This document shows positions 17,871-27,812 of a stretch of 35,313 nucleotides of DNA, one piece after another (positions within the stretch are counted from its first letter, which is position 1; every line of letters begins with the position of its first letter). The stretch spans positions 1 through 35,313 of the forward strand of contig JBDRTG010000037.1 in NCBI GenBank assembly GCA_043824255.1, given 5' to 3'. A program made the translations under genes and the position numbers. The stretch comes from a bacterium (GTDB taxonomy: Bacteria > JAHJDO01). Below the pieces are notes generated by a model, which saw nothing but the letters and a program-made list of their open reading frames with translations, had not been told where the DNA came from and searched no databases.

Positions 17871-20639
17871 ATGGAATACAAAGACACATTAAATCTCCCA
17901 AAAACAAGTTTTAAGATGAAGGCAAATCTCTCACAGAAAGAGCCGGAGATTTTAAGGAATCTTGAAGAGCAGAATATTTATCAGAAGATACGAGATAAAT
18001 ATAAAGGACAGCCTTCTTATATTCTGCATGACGGGCCTCCTTATGCAAATGGAGATATTCACGTAGGGCAGGCATTCAACAAGATTATGAAGGATATGGT
18101 GATAAAGTATAAAACAATGAAGAGGTTTGATGCTCCTTATGTGCCGGGATGGGACTGTCATGGCCTGCCGATAGAATATCAGCTTTTAAAAGAATTAGGA
18201 GTTACGAGACATCAAATTGGGCATGTGGAATTTCGTAAGAAAGCTAGAAGCTATGCGAATAAGTATATAGAGAGACAGAAAAAGGAATTCAAGAGATTAG
18301 GTGTGTTCGGAGAATGGGACAATCCTTATCTTACAATGGATTTCAACTATGAAGCGGAAATCATAAGAGCTTTTGGGAGATTGGCAAAGGAGGGCTACGT
18401 ATATAAAGGGAGGAAGCCGGTTTACTGGTGTATAAAATGTGAAACAGCGCTGGCTGAAGCAGAGGTGGAATACAAAGACAAAACCTCTCCCTCTATATGG
18501 GTAAAGTTTCCTATTAAAAATAAATCTGCGACATATATTCTTATCTGGACAACTACACCATGGACAATTCCTGCAAATGTTGCTGTTGCTGTTCATCCTG
18601 GATTTAAGTACGCATTTGTCAAAACAAGGATTAGTGGCATAGAACAGGTATTAATCATGGCAGAAGGTCTGGTTTCTGCTGTTCTGGATACATGTCTTGG
18701 TGAAAAGTACGAGATTTTAAAGGTCGTAAAAGGTGAAGATTTAGGGAGCATGGAATATAGGCATCCTTTTTTGGATAGGATAGGAAAAGTAGTGTTTGCT
18801 GATTATGTTGAACTGAATGAGGGAACAGGTTGTGTTCACACTGCACCGGGACATGGAGCGGACGATTATCTGACAGGAATAAAATTTAATCTGCCAATAC
18901 TTTCTCCTGTAAATAATAAAGGGGAATTTACCGAGGAAGCAGGTTCAGACCTTAAAGGACGAAATGTATTTGAGGCGAATGCAAAAATAGTAGATAAGCT
19001 GTCGTCTAAGAGTTTATTGCTGCATGAAGATAAGGTTCAGCATTCCTATCCACATTGCTGGAGATGCAAGGAGCCTGTTATTTTCAGGGCAACACCTCAG
19101 TGGTTTATGAGTGTGGATAAGCATAACCTGCGCAGCAGGGCGCTTGATATCATAAAGAAGGTAAAATGGATTCCACCCCGCACTATGAATAGAATAGATG
19201 CTATGCTTATGACGAGACCTGATTGGTGTTTGTCCAGACAGAGGTACTGGGGAGTAGCAATACCAGCTTTGTATTGCACAAATTGCAAGCATACGATACT
19301 CGATCAGACTATTATTGAGAATGTAGCTAAACTTGTTTCTGTAAAAGGATCTGATGCATGGTTTGAAGTTGATATAGGAGAAATTGTCCCGAAAAATTTT
19401 GCCTGTCCAAAGTGTGGCAAAACAAGTTTTGAGAAAGAAAAAGATATTATTGATGTGTGGTTTGATTCAGGTGTGAGTCATGAAGCTGTACTTAAGAAAA
19501 GGAAGAATCTATCATGGCCGGCAGATTTGTATTTAGAAGGAAGCGATCAGCATAGAGGGTGGTTTCAAACCTCCATGCTCGTATCAATGGGATTAAATAA
19601 TAAATCAAGCTACAGGAGTGTATTAACCCATGGCTTTGTAATGGATGGTGAAGGCAAAAAGATGTCCAAATCCATTGGTAATGTGATTGATCCACAGGAT
19701 GTAACAGAAAAATATGGAGCTGATATATTAAGACTCTGGGTATGTTCTTCGGATTATAAGGATGATATTAGAATTTCCGATGATATTCTAAAGCAAATAG
19801 TTGATGTATACAGAAGGATACGAAATACTGTTCGCTTTATTCTCGGGAATATATCTGACTTTAATCCGGATAAAGACGGAATTGCTTACAATAAGCTAAC
19901 GGAAATAGATAAATGGATGTATTCCAAACTGCAGGAGCTTATAAAGAATGTTGGAGATGCATACGAAAATTTTGCATTCAACAAGGTTTATGTCTTGTTA
20001 AACAATTTTTGCGCAAATGAGTTAAGTTCTTTTTATCTGGATGTGTTAAAGGATAGATTATACACCGCTAAAGGGGACTCTTTCCAGAGGAGGAGTTCGC
20101 AAACAGTGCTTTATGAGATTATTGAAAACATGGCAAGATTAATGTGTCCCGTTTTAACCTTTACATCTGAAGAGATATGGGAACATATTCCAGGGAAAAA
20201 GGATAGTGTTTTCCTGGCAGAGTTCCCCAACCAAGGTAAAATAGATAATTCTTTACACCAGAAGTGGCAGGAAATATTGAGTATTCGTGAGAAGGTTCTT
20301 AAGATAATTGAAGAAGCGCGGGAGAAGAAACTTATCGGCAACTCTCTTGAAGCGGAAGTAGCTATATATTGCACAAAAGAAACGGCAGAGTTTTTGGAGA
20401 GCTTTAAGGAAACTTTGCCCTTGATTTTTATTGTGTCAAAAGTTAGTATTACGCAATTTTCAAAGACGGATTCTAAAGAAAAATTAAGGATAGTTGTAGA
20501 ACATGCTTCTGGAGAGAAATGTGTTAGATGCTGGAACTGGAAGGAATCAGTTGGGAAAGACGCTCAGCATCCGCAATTATGCACCCGTTGTGTAGAGGTA
20601 ATGAAAAGAGGAGATGAAAAATGCAAGAGCGTATGTTAG
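17871..20639 (+). CDS. ileS: Isoleucine--tRNA ligase (type 1)
   Basis: Motifs LHDGPPYANG, PGWDCHGLPIE, WTTTPWT, EGSDQHRGWF, KMSKS and a C-terminal CxxC...CxxC zinc finger. Confidence 0.98.
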   Translation: MEYKDTLNLPKTSFKMKANLSQKEPEILRNLEEQNIYQKIRDKYKGQPSYILHDGPPYANGDIHVGQAFNKIMKDMVIKYKTMKRFDAPYVPGWDCHGLPIEYQLLKELGVTRHQIGHVEFRKKARSYANKYIERQKKEFKRLGVFGEWDNPYLTMDFNYEAEIIRAFGRLAKEGYVYKGRKPVYWCIKCETALAEAEVEYKDKTSPSIWVKFPIKNKSATYILIWTTTPWTIPANVAVAVHPGFKYAFVKTRISGIEQVLIMAEGLVSAVLDTCLGEKYEILKVVKGEDLGSMEYRHPFLDRIGKVVFADYVELNEGTGCVHTAPGHGADDYLTGIKFNLPILSPVNNKGEFTEEAGSDLKGRNVFEANAKIVDKLSSKSLLLHEDKVQHSYPHCWRCKEPVIFRATPQWFMSVDKHNLRSRALDIIKKVKWIPPRTMNRIDAMLMTRPDWCLSRQRYWGVAIPALYCTNCKHTILDQTIIENVAKLVSVKGSDAWFEVDIGEIVPKNFACPKCGKTSFEKEKDIIDVWFDSGVSHEAVLKKRKNLSWPADLYLEGSDQHRGWFQTSMLVSMGLNNKSSYRSVLTHGFVMDGEGKKMSKSIGNVIDPQDVTEKYGADILRLWVCSSDYKDDIRISDDILKQIVDVYRRIRNTVRFILGNISDFNPDKDGIAYNKLTEIDKWMYSKLQELIKNVGDAYENFAFNKVYVLLNNFCANELSSFYLDVLKDRLYTAKGDSFQRRSSQTVLYEIIENMARLMCPVLTFTSEEIWEHIPGKKDSVFLAEFPNQGKIDNSLHQKWQEILSIREKVLKIIEEAREKKLIGNSLEAEVAIYCTKETAEFLESFKETLPLIFIVSKVSITQFSKTDSKEKLRIVVEHASGEKCVRCWNWKESVGKDAQHPQLCTRCVEVMKRGDEKCKSVC

Positions 20640-21007
20640 AGAGTTTTAAGAAGAAATTAATAAAAGAAAGAGAAAAGCTGCTTGAAGATGTTAATCACAT
20701 ACGTAACGAGGAACTGGGCAAGTCTCAGAGAGATGCGACTGGTGAGCTTTCAGGGTATGCCGATCATATGGCAGACGGGGGGACCGACGATATAGAGAGA
20801 CAAGTCTCCCTTGGGTTAATGTCTAATGAAGAAGCCATGCTTATTAAGATCGATGGAGCTCTTAAGAGAATGGAAGATAAGACCTATGGTGTATGTGAAT
20901 TGTGCAAAGAGAAAATTTCGCAGGAACGTCTTAACGCAGTCCCGTATGCAATATATTGCATAAAGTGCAGGTCTAAGGAAGAAAGCAAAAACAATAAGAA
21001 GATTTAA
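20621..21007 (+). CDS. TraR/DksA C4-type zinc finger protein
   Basis: Coiled coil with HMADGGTD tip and YGVCELC...ERLNAVPYAIYCIKC. Confidence 0.9.
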   Translation: MQERMLESFKKKLIKEREKLLEDVNHIRNEELGKSQRDATGELSGYADHMADGGTDDIERQVSLGLMSNEEAMLIKIDGALKRMEDKTYGVCELCKEKISQERLNAVPYAIYCIKCRSKEESKNNKKI

Positions 21008-21477
21008 TGATAATCTTCTTTTCTGCTCTATCTATATTTTTTATAGATCAGATTATAAAGTTCTATATACTAAAGCATCTTTATTTGGGCCAAGAAATAT
21101 CAATCGTTAAAAATATATTCAGTATTTCCTTTGTTACAAATAAAGGAATTGCGTTTGGCTTATTTTCAACTTTCAACTTTCCTTTTATCTTAATATCCAT
21201 AGCAGTGCTTGTATGTATGACATTAGTGTTTATTTCGTTTAATAAAGACATTATATCAAAAAAGGCGGGGGTTTGGATAAAAATTGCATATGGATTAATT
21301 TTAGGCGGTGCATTTAGTAATATGCTGGATAGAATAAGGATAGGGGAGGTTATTGACTTTTTGGACTTTCATATCTGGCCTGTATTTAATATTGGAGATT
21401 CTGCAATATGTGTAGGGGCTGGAATATTTGTATTGAATATATTAAAAAACAAGAGCAAATTAAAAATTAATAATTAA
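21007..21477 (+). CDS. lspA: Lipoprotein signal peptidase II
   Basis: Motifs DQIIK, NKGIAFG, LGGAFSNMLDR, VIDF and WPVFNIGD. Confidence 0.96.
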   Translation: MIIFFSALSIFFIDQIIKFYILKHLYLGQEISIVKNIFSISFVTNKGIAFGLFSTFNFPFILISIAVLVCMTLVFISFNKDIISKKAGVWIKIAYGLILGGAFSNMLDRIRIGEVIDFLDFHIWPVFNIGDSAICVGAGIFVLNILKNKSKLKINN

Positions 21478-21491
21478 GAATTTAAAATTAA
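21457..21491. repeat. Degenerate five-copy heptamer repeat AAATTAA at the lspA-lgt junction
   Basis: aaattaa aaattaa taattaa gaattta aaattaa. Confidence 0.6.
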
Positions 21492-21494
21492 TTT

Positions 21495-22256
21495 ATGTAT
21501 CCAATACTGTTTAAAATCGGCCCAGTAGTTATTTATTCATATGGAGTAATGATAGCCGTTGCCTTTCTCAGCTCCGTATATCTTCTAAGTCGCTCAACGC
21601 AAAAAGCAGGTATTAGCAGCAAAAATATCGCAGATCTTGGACTAGCCCTTTTAATTTCAGGCATAATTGGAGCCAGATTATTATATGTTCTTACAGAAAT
21701 AGAATATTACAGAGCAAATCCCCTTGAGATAGTAATGATCTGGAAAGGGGGGCTGATTTTCTATGGTGGATTTATTACTGCATTTGTTTGTGGCTGGGTA
21801 TTTTTAAGAAGGAATAAAATGCCTGTTCTGAAAACCTGTGATCATATAATTCCATATCTTGCATTAGCCCAGGCAATAGGGAGAATCGGATGTTTCTTTA
21901 ATGGATGTTGTTTTGGAAAGCCAACAAATCTTCCATGGGGAATGATATTCCCAAAAGGAAGCATAGCAGGAGATATCTATCCTGCTATGCATATTCATCC
22001 AACACAGTTATATTCTGTTTATACAAATTTTTTGATATTTGCAATACTCTTATTATTTGGAAATTGGAAGAAGTTTGACGGACAAATTTTATATCTGTAT
22101 TTAATTCTATATTCTGTATCAAGATTTCTTATAGAATTCCTACGGGCAGACAACCCACAGATTTTACTGGGATTAACAATAGCTCAGGTGATTTGTGTTG
22201 TGTTATTTGCAACAGGAGTAGTTATGTATATTAGAGGGGCGGCCCGAAGGAGATGA
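21495..22256 (+). CDS. lgt: Prolipoprotein diacylglyceryl transferase
   Basis: Motifs [40 protein letters not shown] and RFLIEFLR. Confidence 0.96.
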   Translation: MYPILFKIGPVVIYSYGVMIAVAFLSSVYLLSRSTQKAGISSKNIADLGLALLISGIIGARLLYVLTEIEYYRANPLEIVMIWKGGLIFYGGFITAFVCGWVFLRRNKMPVLKTCDHIIPYLALAQAIGRIGCFFNGCCFGKPTNLPWGMIFPKGSIAGDIYPAMHIHPTQLYSVYTNFLIFAILLLFGNWKKFDGQILYLYLILYSVSRFLIEFLRADNPQILLGLTIAQVICVVLFATGVVMYIRGAARRR

Positions 22257-23728
22257 AATTACATACACTAACAGCTCATGAACTTGCCAAACTGCTTATC
22301 AGCAGGAAGGTGAGTTCTGAGGAACTTACCGGAGCATTATATGAGCATATAGGCAAAACAGATAAACAGATTGGAGCGTATATTACCTTAACAAAGGATA
22401 TAGCAATTGAACAGGCAAAGGAAGCTGATAAAAGGATAAAGGAGAAAAGGGATATTGGGCCATTAACAGGAATTCCGATTGCAATAAAAGATAATATGTG
22501 CATTAAAGACGTTCTGTGTACATGCGGGTCTAAAATGCTCAGTAGTTTCATTCCTCCATACAACGGGACAGTAATAAACAAATTAAAAAAATGCGGATTG
22601 GTATTTCTTGGCAAGACAAACATGGATGAATTTGCTATGGGCTCATCTACGGAAACTTCCTATTTAAAAGTTACTAGGAATCCATGGAATATAAATACTA
22701 TTCCCGGTGGTTCCAGTGGAGGGTCTGCAGCAGCTATTGCGTCTGATCAGGCAGTTTTATCCATTGGTTCTGATACTGGAGGTTCTATTCGCCAGCCTGC
22801 ATCTCATTGCGGCATAGTTGGTATGAAGCCTACTTATGGCAGGGTGTCAAGGTACGGACTTGTAGCTTTTGCTTCATCTCTTGATCAAATAGGTCCTTTG
22901 ACCAAGGATGTTTGGGATTGTGCTGCGCTTCTTGAAGTAATAAGTGGATATGATCCTCTTGATTCAACATCATTACGTATGGCTTCGCCTGATTATATGA
23001 GCTTTCTCAATAAGGATATTAAGAATATTAAAATCGGAGTTCCAAAGGAATATTTTATAGAGGGAATTGATAAAGATGTAGAACTGGCTGTAAAGGGAGC
23101 AATAGAGAAATTAGGCAGTCTTGGAGCTGTTATTGAAGAGGTATCTCTACCTCATACTGAGTATGCTGTTGCAACCTATTATATTATTGCTCCTGCAGAA
23201 GCGAGCTCGAACCTGGCAAGATATGATGGGGTTAAATATGGATACAGAGCGGCTAAAGAAGAAACTAATAATCTATTAGATATGTATGAGAAGACAAGAA
23301 AAGAGGGTTTTGGTGCTGAAGTAAAACGCAGAATAATGCTTGGAACCCACACCTTAAGCTCAGGTTATTACGATGCATATTACTTAAAAGCGCAGAAAGT
23401 AAGGACTCTTATCAAGCAGGACTTTGATAATGCCTTCAAGAAATTTGATCTCTTAGTTACTCCAACATCTCCTACTCCTGCGTTTAAGATAGGCGAGAAA
23501 ATAGATGATCCTCTGCAGATGTATTTATCTGATATATTTACGATACCAACTAACTTAGCAGGTTTGCCTGCTATCTCTATTCCATGCGGGCTTAGCAAGA
23601 ATGGATTGCCAATAGGGCTTCAGCTCATAGGTAATTATTTTGAAGAAGGGAAGATCTTACAGGTTGGGCATGTCTTTGAGCAGAATACAAATTTTCACAA
23701 GAAGAAGCCAGTAGGAATAATCTTGTAA
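22253..23728 (+). CDS. gatA: Asp-tRNA(Asn)/Glu-tRNA(Gln) amidotransferase subunit A
   Basis: Motifs [39 protein letters not shown] and EVKRRIMLG. Confidence 0.98.
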   Translation: MKLHTLTAHELAKLLISRKVSSEELTGALYEHIGKTDKQIGAYITLTKDIAIEQAKEADKRIKEKRDIGPLTGIPIAIKDNMCIKDVLCTCGSKMLSSFIPPYNGTVINKLKKCGLVFLGKTNMDEFAMGSSTETSYLKVTRNPWNINTIPGGSSGGSAAAIASDQAVLSIGSDTGGSIRQPASHCGIVGMKPTYGRVSRYGLVAFASSLDQIGPLTKDVWDCAALLEVISGYDPLDSTSLRMASPDYMSFLNKDIKNIKIGVPKEYFIEGIDKDVELAVKGAIEKLGSLGAVIEEVSLPHTEYAVATYYIIAPAEASSNLARYDGVKYGYRAAKEETNNLLDMYEKTRKEGFGAEVKRRIMLGTHTLSSGYYDAYYLKAQKVRTLIKQDFDNAFKKFDLLVTPTSPTPAFKIGEKIDDPLQMYLSDIFTIPTNLAGLPAISIPCGLSKNGLPIGLQLIGNYFEEGKILQVGHVFEQNTNFHKKKPVGIIL

Positions 23729-26700
23729 GATTTTATCTCCCACTTTTTAAATTTAGCATTTAACTTATTATTTTTTAGATTAACTTGAGCGATTTTGTCT
23801 TCTATCAGGTTTGTCTCAACTGCTGAGCGGATCTTTATCCCAAAATCAAACTCGACTTCTGCGGGTTTACCGTGACTTTCGTATGCGTGCATAATAAATC
23901 CGTTTCCGTCTTCCGCTTTCTTCAGACAGGATATAATCACACCGTTATCTTCAGGTATTTTAGTAAATGACTTTTCTACAGGCAGAGCTTTGCCCTTCTT
24001 GCCAAGACTCTTAGTATCCAGTACTACAGGAACTAATGGCATATTGAATTCATATCCTCTTTTCACAACATCTGCATCCTGCCAGTTTCCTTCATGCGGA
24101 TACAGACAATAAGAAAATGAATGCCTTCCTAAGTCAGGGTTTAAGTCAGGTTCATAGGGCGAACGTATGATGGTCAATTCTATATTACTGCCCTGCACAT
24201 TGCAGCCATATTTACAGTCATTTAACAGAGCAACTCCATTATCTCTATCAGAGTAATCAATCCATTTCAGGACAGGCATTTCCTGCCCGTTATTAGGACG
24301 CTGGATTGTGCCAAAGGGCGTTTCACAGGCGGTTTTTTCTGAATTAATATTCGTGGGGAAAGAAACCCTGAGCATAGGTATGCCGTCTTTCGGATTGCCT
24401 GTCTCGTTCCATAAAAGCTTTGTCCTGAACTCAATCCTATCATGTTTTTTGAAAAACATTATCTGTTGCTTTATCTGCGATTTTCCGAATTTACATTCTG
24501 TTTCTACAATATCTACTACAGGTCCTCGCATTATTTCTATAATCTTCGTATTTTTATAAAGGTTCTTTACTGAATCGATCTGCCCGATATTCCATGAAGA
24601 CATGCTGTGTTCCAACTCTATATAAAATTTGAAAATATTTCCCTGCTGAAAGTTATCTATTAACTCCCTGTTTTTCTCTTTACTGAAGAGACGTTTTATT
24701 CCGCCTGTAGCCGGGTCTATTTCCAGAAGATATCTGTCATTTTCAAACACCATTTCTTCTTCAGCCTTTACCTTAGCGTTATCTTTTTCAGTGTTCTTTC
24801 TCATAAAATATGTCTTATAACCTATGGATGGAACACACTCAGCATAAAAGAATAGTTTATTTCCGACAATCTGAGATGGAATTTCTTCTCCGGAGATATC
24901 TTCAACAGTAGCATTATCCATGTTCAGTCCGGAAAGGCTGACTTCTACTGCTTCATTCCTTTTCCATGATAAGCAGTTAAAAATTACGACAGGTATTCTA
25001 TCTTTTTGCTCAGGTAAGCCAATAAGAGAGGACATATGTCTGGTTGAATCCATTATAGTTCGTTTTGCCGTATCTATTGCATTTTCTGCCAGTCGTTTTG
25101 AATATTCGTATGAGGAATGAATTGCTGAGCCGTCAAGTATATCGTGAAACTGGTTGAAACAGGTATTTTCCCACGCATGCTTTAATGCTTGTTTCGGATA
25201 ACTAAAGCCGTACAATGAAGCAATTGAGGCAAATACTTCCGCAGTAATTAGCAGGTTTTCGCATTCACGGTTGTATTTCTTAATATCCGCATGGGTTGTA
25301 TAGCAGCCCTCAAATACATAGTTAAGCTCATTCTTTATAACAGGAATATTCTTCATATCCTTCTCTGCATCTTTGAAAAACTGATACGCTGAGCTGAATC
25401 TTAATCCTGTGAAGACCGCTTTATCTTTCAGTTTCAGCGCATTTTCAATATCTCTTCTAGTAGGTCCGCCGCCATGGTCTCCCACACCGTAAGAGAAAAG
25501 GAATTTATTTATATGGTATTGCTTGCGAGAATCAACAAAACCGTCTAAAGAGCGATGTTCTATTAAAGAATAGTCAAACTTTAGGGCAACCTGCGAAGTA
25601 ATTACTCCATTGTAACCTTTCGGGTCATTGAATGCGAGAACCTTTGAGCCGTCAATCCCTTCCCAGTAGAATACAGGTGCAGTGCTCCCGCATCTGCAGA
25701 AATAATAATAGTCTATGCCGCATTTCTTCAATATCTGAGGATATGTTGCGGGATGTCCGAATGTATCAGGACACCAGCATACCTTTGATTCTACGCCAAA
25801 CTTTTCCCGTGTATATTGTTTTGCAAGAAGCGACTGCCTGATAAGAGCCTCTCCAGATGCCATGTTTAAGTCACCTTCCACCCAGGTGGAGGCAGTAACA
25901 TCCCATCGACCCTGTTTTATCATCTTTTTAATTTTCTCAAAAACTTTCGGGTAATTGTCTTCCATACCCTTATATAAAGCTGCTTGGCTCTGTGAGAAAT
26001 AGATTTGAGGATATTTGTCCATGAATTTTTCAACCTGGAGAAATGTCCGTCTAGTTGTATCCAGTGTCTCTTCATAATCCCAAAGCCAGTTCATATCAAT
26101 ATGGGCATGACCTATCAGGTATGAACAATACTTCTTTAGATAGGAAGAGAATGCCTGTATGCCTGATTCTATCTTGTCCATATAATCTATAAATTCTAAT
26201 GGCTTTTCCTTTGCAAGCAGTTCTACAGGAACGTGTTTTACTACATTCTCGAAGTTTGAGATGAAAGCTTTATCTCTTATTTTGCCTATTTCAATAAGTC
26301 TCGTTATAAACTTCAGAGTTTTAAAAAATGCATCTATTCTCAATAAGACAGGTTCAAGCTTATCGATAAATATTCGCGGCATAGAATAGAAAATAGCTCC
26401 GTCAATCTTCGTAAGGCGAATAGTAACATCAAAAAGCTCCTGAGCCTTTAGTTCGTTTGAAAGAATAATGTCCTTGGTAATCCACCACTTCTCATCTATT
26501 TCTTTTTTCCCGTTAATAAAAAGTGTAGAGGAGCACATTGCCCTGTGATCAAGAGTGACCCTTGAGCCGATAAGACTAATCCCTGCGATTTCTGCAGGGA
26601 TAACAAGTTCTCCCTTAAACCAGACCTCTTTTGCATCAAACGGCCATTTAAAATCATCCTTTACCAGAGGAGGAGCTTTGACCTGTTTGAACTCCTGCTT

Positions 26701-26808
26701 TTCAAGCCCGTCATTTTTCCCTAGTAAGTACTTATACCCATTATAGTTTTTTATCCTGTTTAACTTTTCAGAAAATTCATTAAAGACTGCATCGTATTTA
26801 GCTAACAT
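23695..26808 (-). CDS. Alpha-mannosidase, glycoside hydrolase family 38, cytoplasmic
   Basis: Motifs [37 protein letters not shown] and LLNDCKYG; no signal peptide. Confidence 0.93.
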   Translation of the reverse strand: MLAKYDAVFNEFSEKLNRIKNYNGYKYLLGKNDGLEKQEFKQVKAPPLVKDDFKWPFDAKEVWFKGELVIPAEIAGISLIGSRVTLDHRAMCSSTLFINGKKEIDEKWWITKDIILSNELKAQELFDVTIRLTKIDGAIFYSMPRIFIDKLEPVLLRIDAFFKTLKFITRLIEIGKIRDKAFISNFENVVKHVPVELLAKEKPLEFIDYMDKIESGIQAFSSYLKKYCSYLIGHAHIDMNWLWDYEETLDTTRRTFLQVEKFMDKYPQIYFSQSQAALYKGMEDNYPKVFEKIKKMIKQGRWDVTASTWVEGDLNMASGEALIRQSLLAKQYTREKFGVESKVCWCPDTFGHPATYPQILKKCGIDYYYFCRCGSTAPVFYWEGIDGSKVLAFNDPKGYNGVITSQVALKFDYSLIEHRSLDGFVDSRKQYHINKFLFSYGVGDHGGGPTRRDIENALKLKDKAVFTGLRFSSAYQFFKDAEKDMKNIPVIKNELNYVFEGCYTTHADIKKYNRECENLLITAEVFASIASLYGFSYPKQALKHAWENTCFNQFHDILDGSAIHSSYEYSKRLAENAIDTAKRTIMDSTRHMSSLIGLPEQKDRIPVVIFNCLSWKRNEAVEVSLSGLNMDNATVEDISGEEIPSQIVGNKLFFYAECVPSIGYKTYFMRKNTEKDNAKVKAEEEMVFENDRYLLEIDPATGGIKRLFSKEKNRELIDNFQQGNIFKFYIELEHSMSSWNIGQIDSVKNLYKNTKIIEIMRGPVVDIVETECKFGKSQIKQQIMFFKKHDRIEFRTKLLWNETGNPKDGIPMLRVSFPTNINSEKTACETPFGTIQRPNNGQEMPVLKWIDYSDRDNGVALLNDCKYGCNVQGSNIELTIIRSPYEPDLNPDLGRHSFSYCLYPHEGNWQDADVVKRGYEFNMPLVPVVLDTKSLGKKGKALPVEKSFTKIPEDNGVIISCLKKAEDGNGFIMHAYESHGKPAEVEFDFGIKIRSAVETNLIEDKIAQVNLKNNKLNAKFKKWEIKSYKIIPTGFFL

Positions 26809-26827
26809 CTAATTCTTCCTCCTGTAT

Positions 26828-27778
26828 TTAGTAGTTTCCTTCCTTTCTCCAGATATCAAGCATGAGTTCATAGCGTGATAGCGGCATACCCGTATACACA
26901 CAGTTGCTGGTGGAAAAGATATAACCTCCTCCCGGCATGCCATGCTTCAAAGCATACCGTACGTTGTTAATAACCTCTTCATCCGTTCCTGTCTGGAGAA
27001 GACCGCAATTAACATTACCGATCAGACAAATCTTATCTCCGTATATCTTCTTTACTTTGGCAATATCAACTCCTGCCTGCGGGTCAAGCGAATGCAAAGC
27101 ATGAGGATTTGCTTCCACCAGCTGGTCAATGATTGGCATAACATTGCCGTCCGTGTGTTTTATCGTATAAAATCCCATATCCCGATAGCCCTTAATAAGT
27201 TTGGTTAAATATGGAGTAACAAATTCTCCAAATTGACCGGGACTCAGGAACGGACCTTCATTGAGGCAATAATCCGCGCATAAGGCAAAACCGTCTAAGC
27301 CTCCATGTTTTTGAATGCGCTCTGCTTTTTCCAAGGCATCTATAACATTTTTTTCTGCTATAGCTTTCAGTGCCTCAGGTTCGTCATTTAATTTGTAGCT
27401 AAACTTAACCATACTTTCCCCGGAGGGAATTCCAAAGGTAGCGTCACCATGTCTCATTAAAAAATATCTATCTCCTGTTTTCTCTCTTACCAAATCAATT
27501 AACCTCAATGTTTCTTCCTCAGTGTCCGGGTTAGGGCCAAGAAATATTGCGCTGTGTTCAAATATTTTGGCTGTTTTAATATAAATGTCCGCCATATCTA
27601 TACGATGAAGTTGCCGTTCTCCCTCGGACATCTGATCCCATTGATTATATCTTCTATGACTGGGGTGAACCTTACTAAATGCCTCCATCGTCAAGAAGAA
27701 AACAAGTTCAAAATGTGGAACCCGTCCAGTAATTGGTTTTCTATTCAGCGCTTTGATAAATTTTTCTCTAGGTGTCAT
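26828..27778 (-). CDS. Uroporphyrinogen decarboxylase (URO-D)/MtaA-CmuA fold protein
   Basis: Motifs MTPRE, KHTDGN, LHSLDPQAGVD, CLIGNV and GGGYIFSTSN. Confidence 0.85.
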   Translation of the reverse strand: MTPREKFIKALNRKPITGRVPHFELVFFLTMEAFSKVHPSHRRYNQWDQMSEGERQLHRIDMADIYIKTAKIFEHSAIFLGPNPDTEEETLRLIDLVREKTGDRYFLMRHGDATFGIPSGESMVKFSYKLNDEPEALKAIAEKNVIDALEKAERIQKHGGLDGFALCADYCLNEGPFLSPGQFGEFVTPYLTKLIKGYRDMGFYTIKHTDGNVMPIIDQLVEANPHALHSLDPQAGVDIAKVKKIYGDKICLIGNVNCGLLQTGTDEEVINNVRYALKHGMPGGGYIFSTSNCVYTGMPLSRYELMLDIWRKEGNY

Positions 27779-27812
27779 TTACTCTTCTTTATTTACTGCT
27801 TCTGGGACCCGT

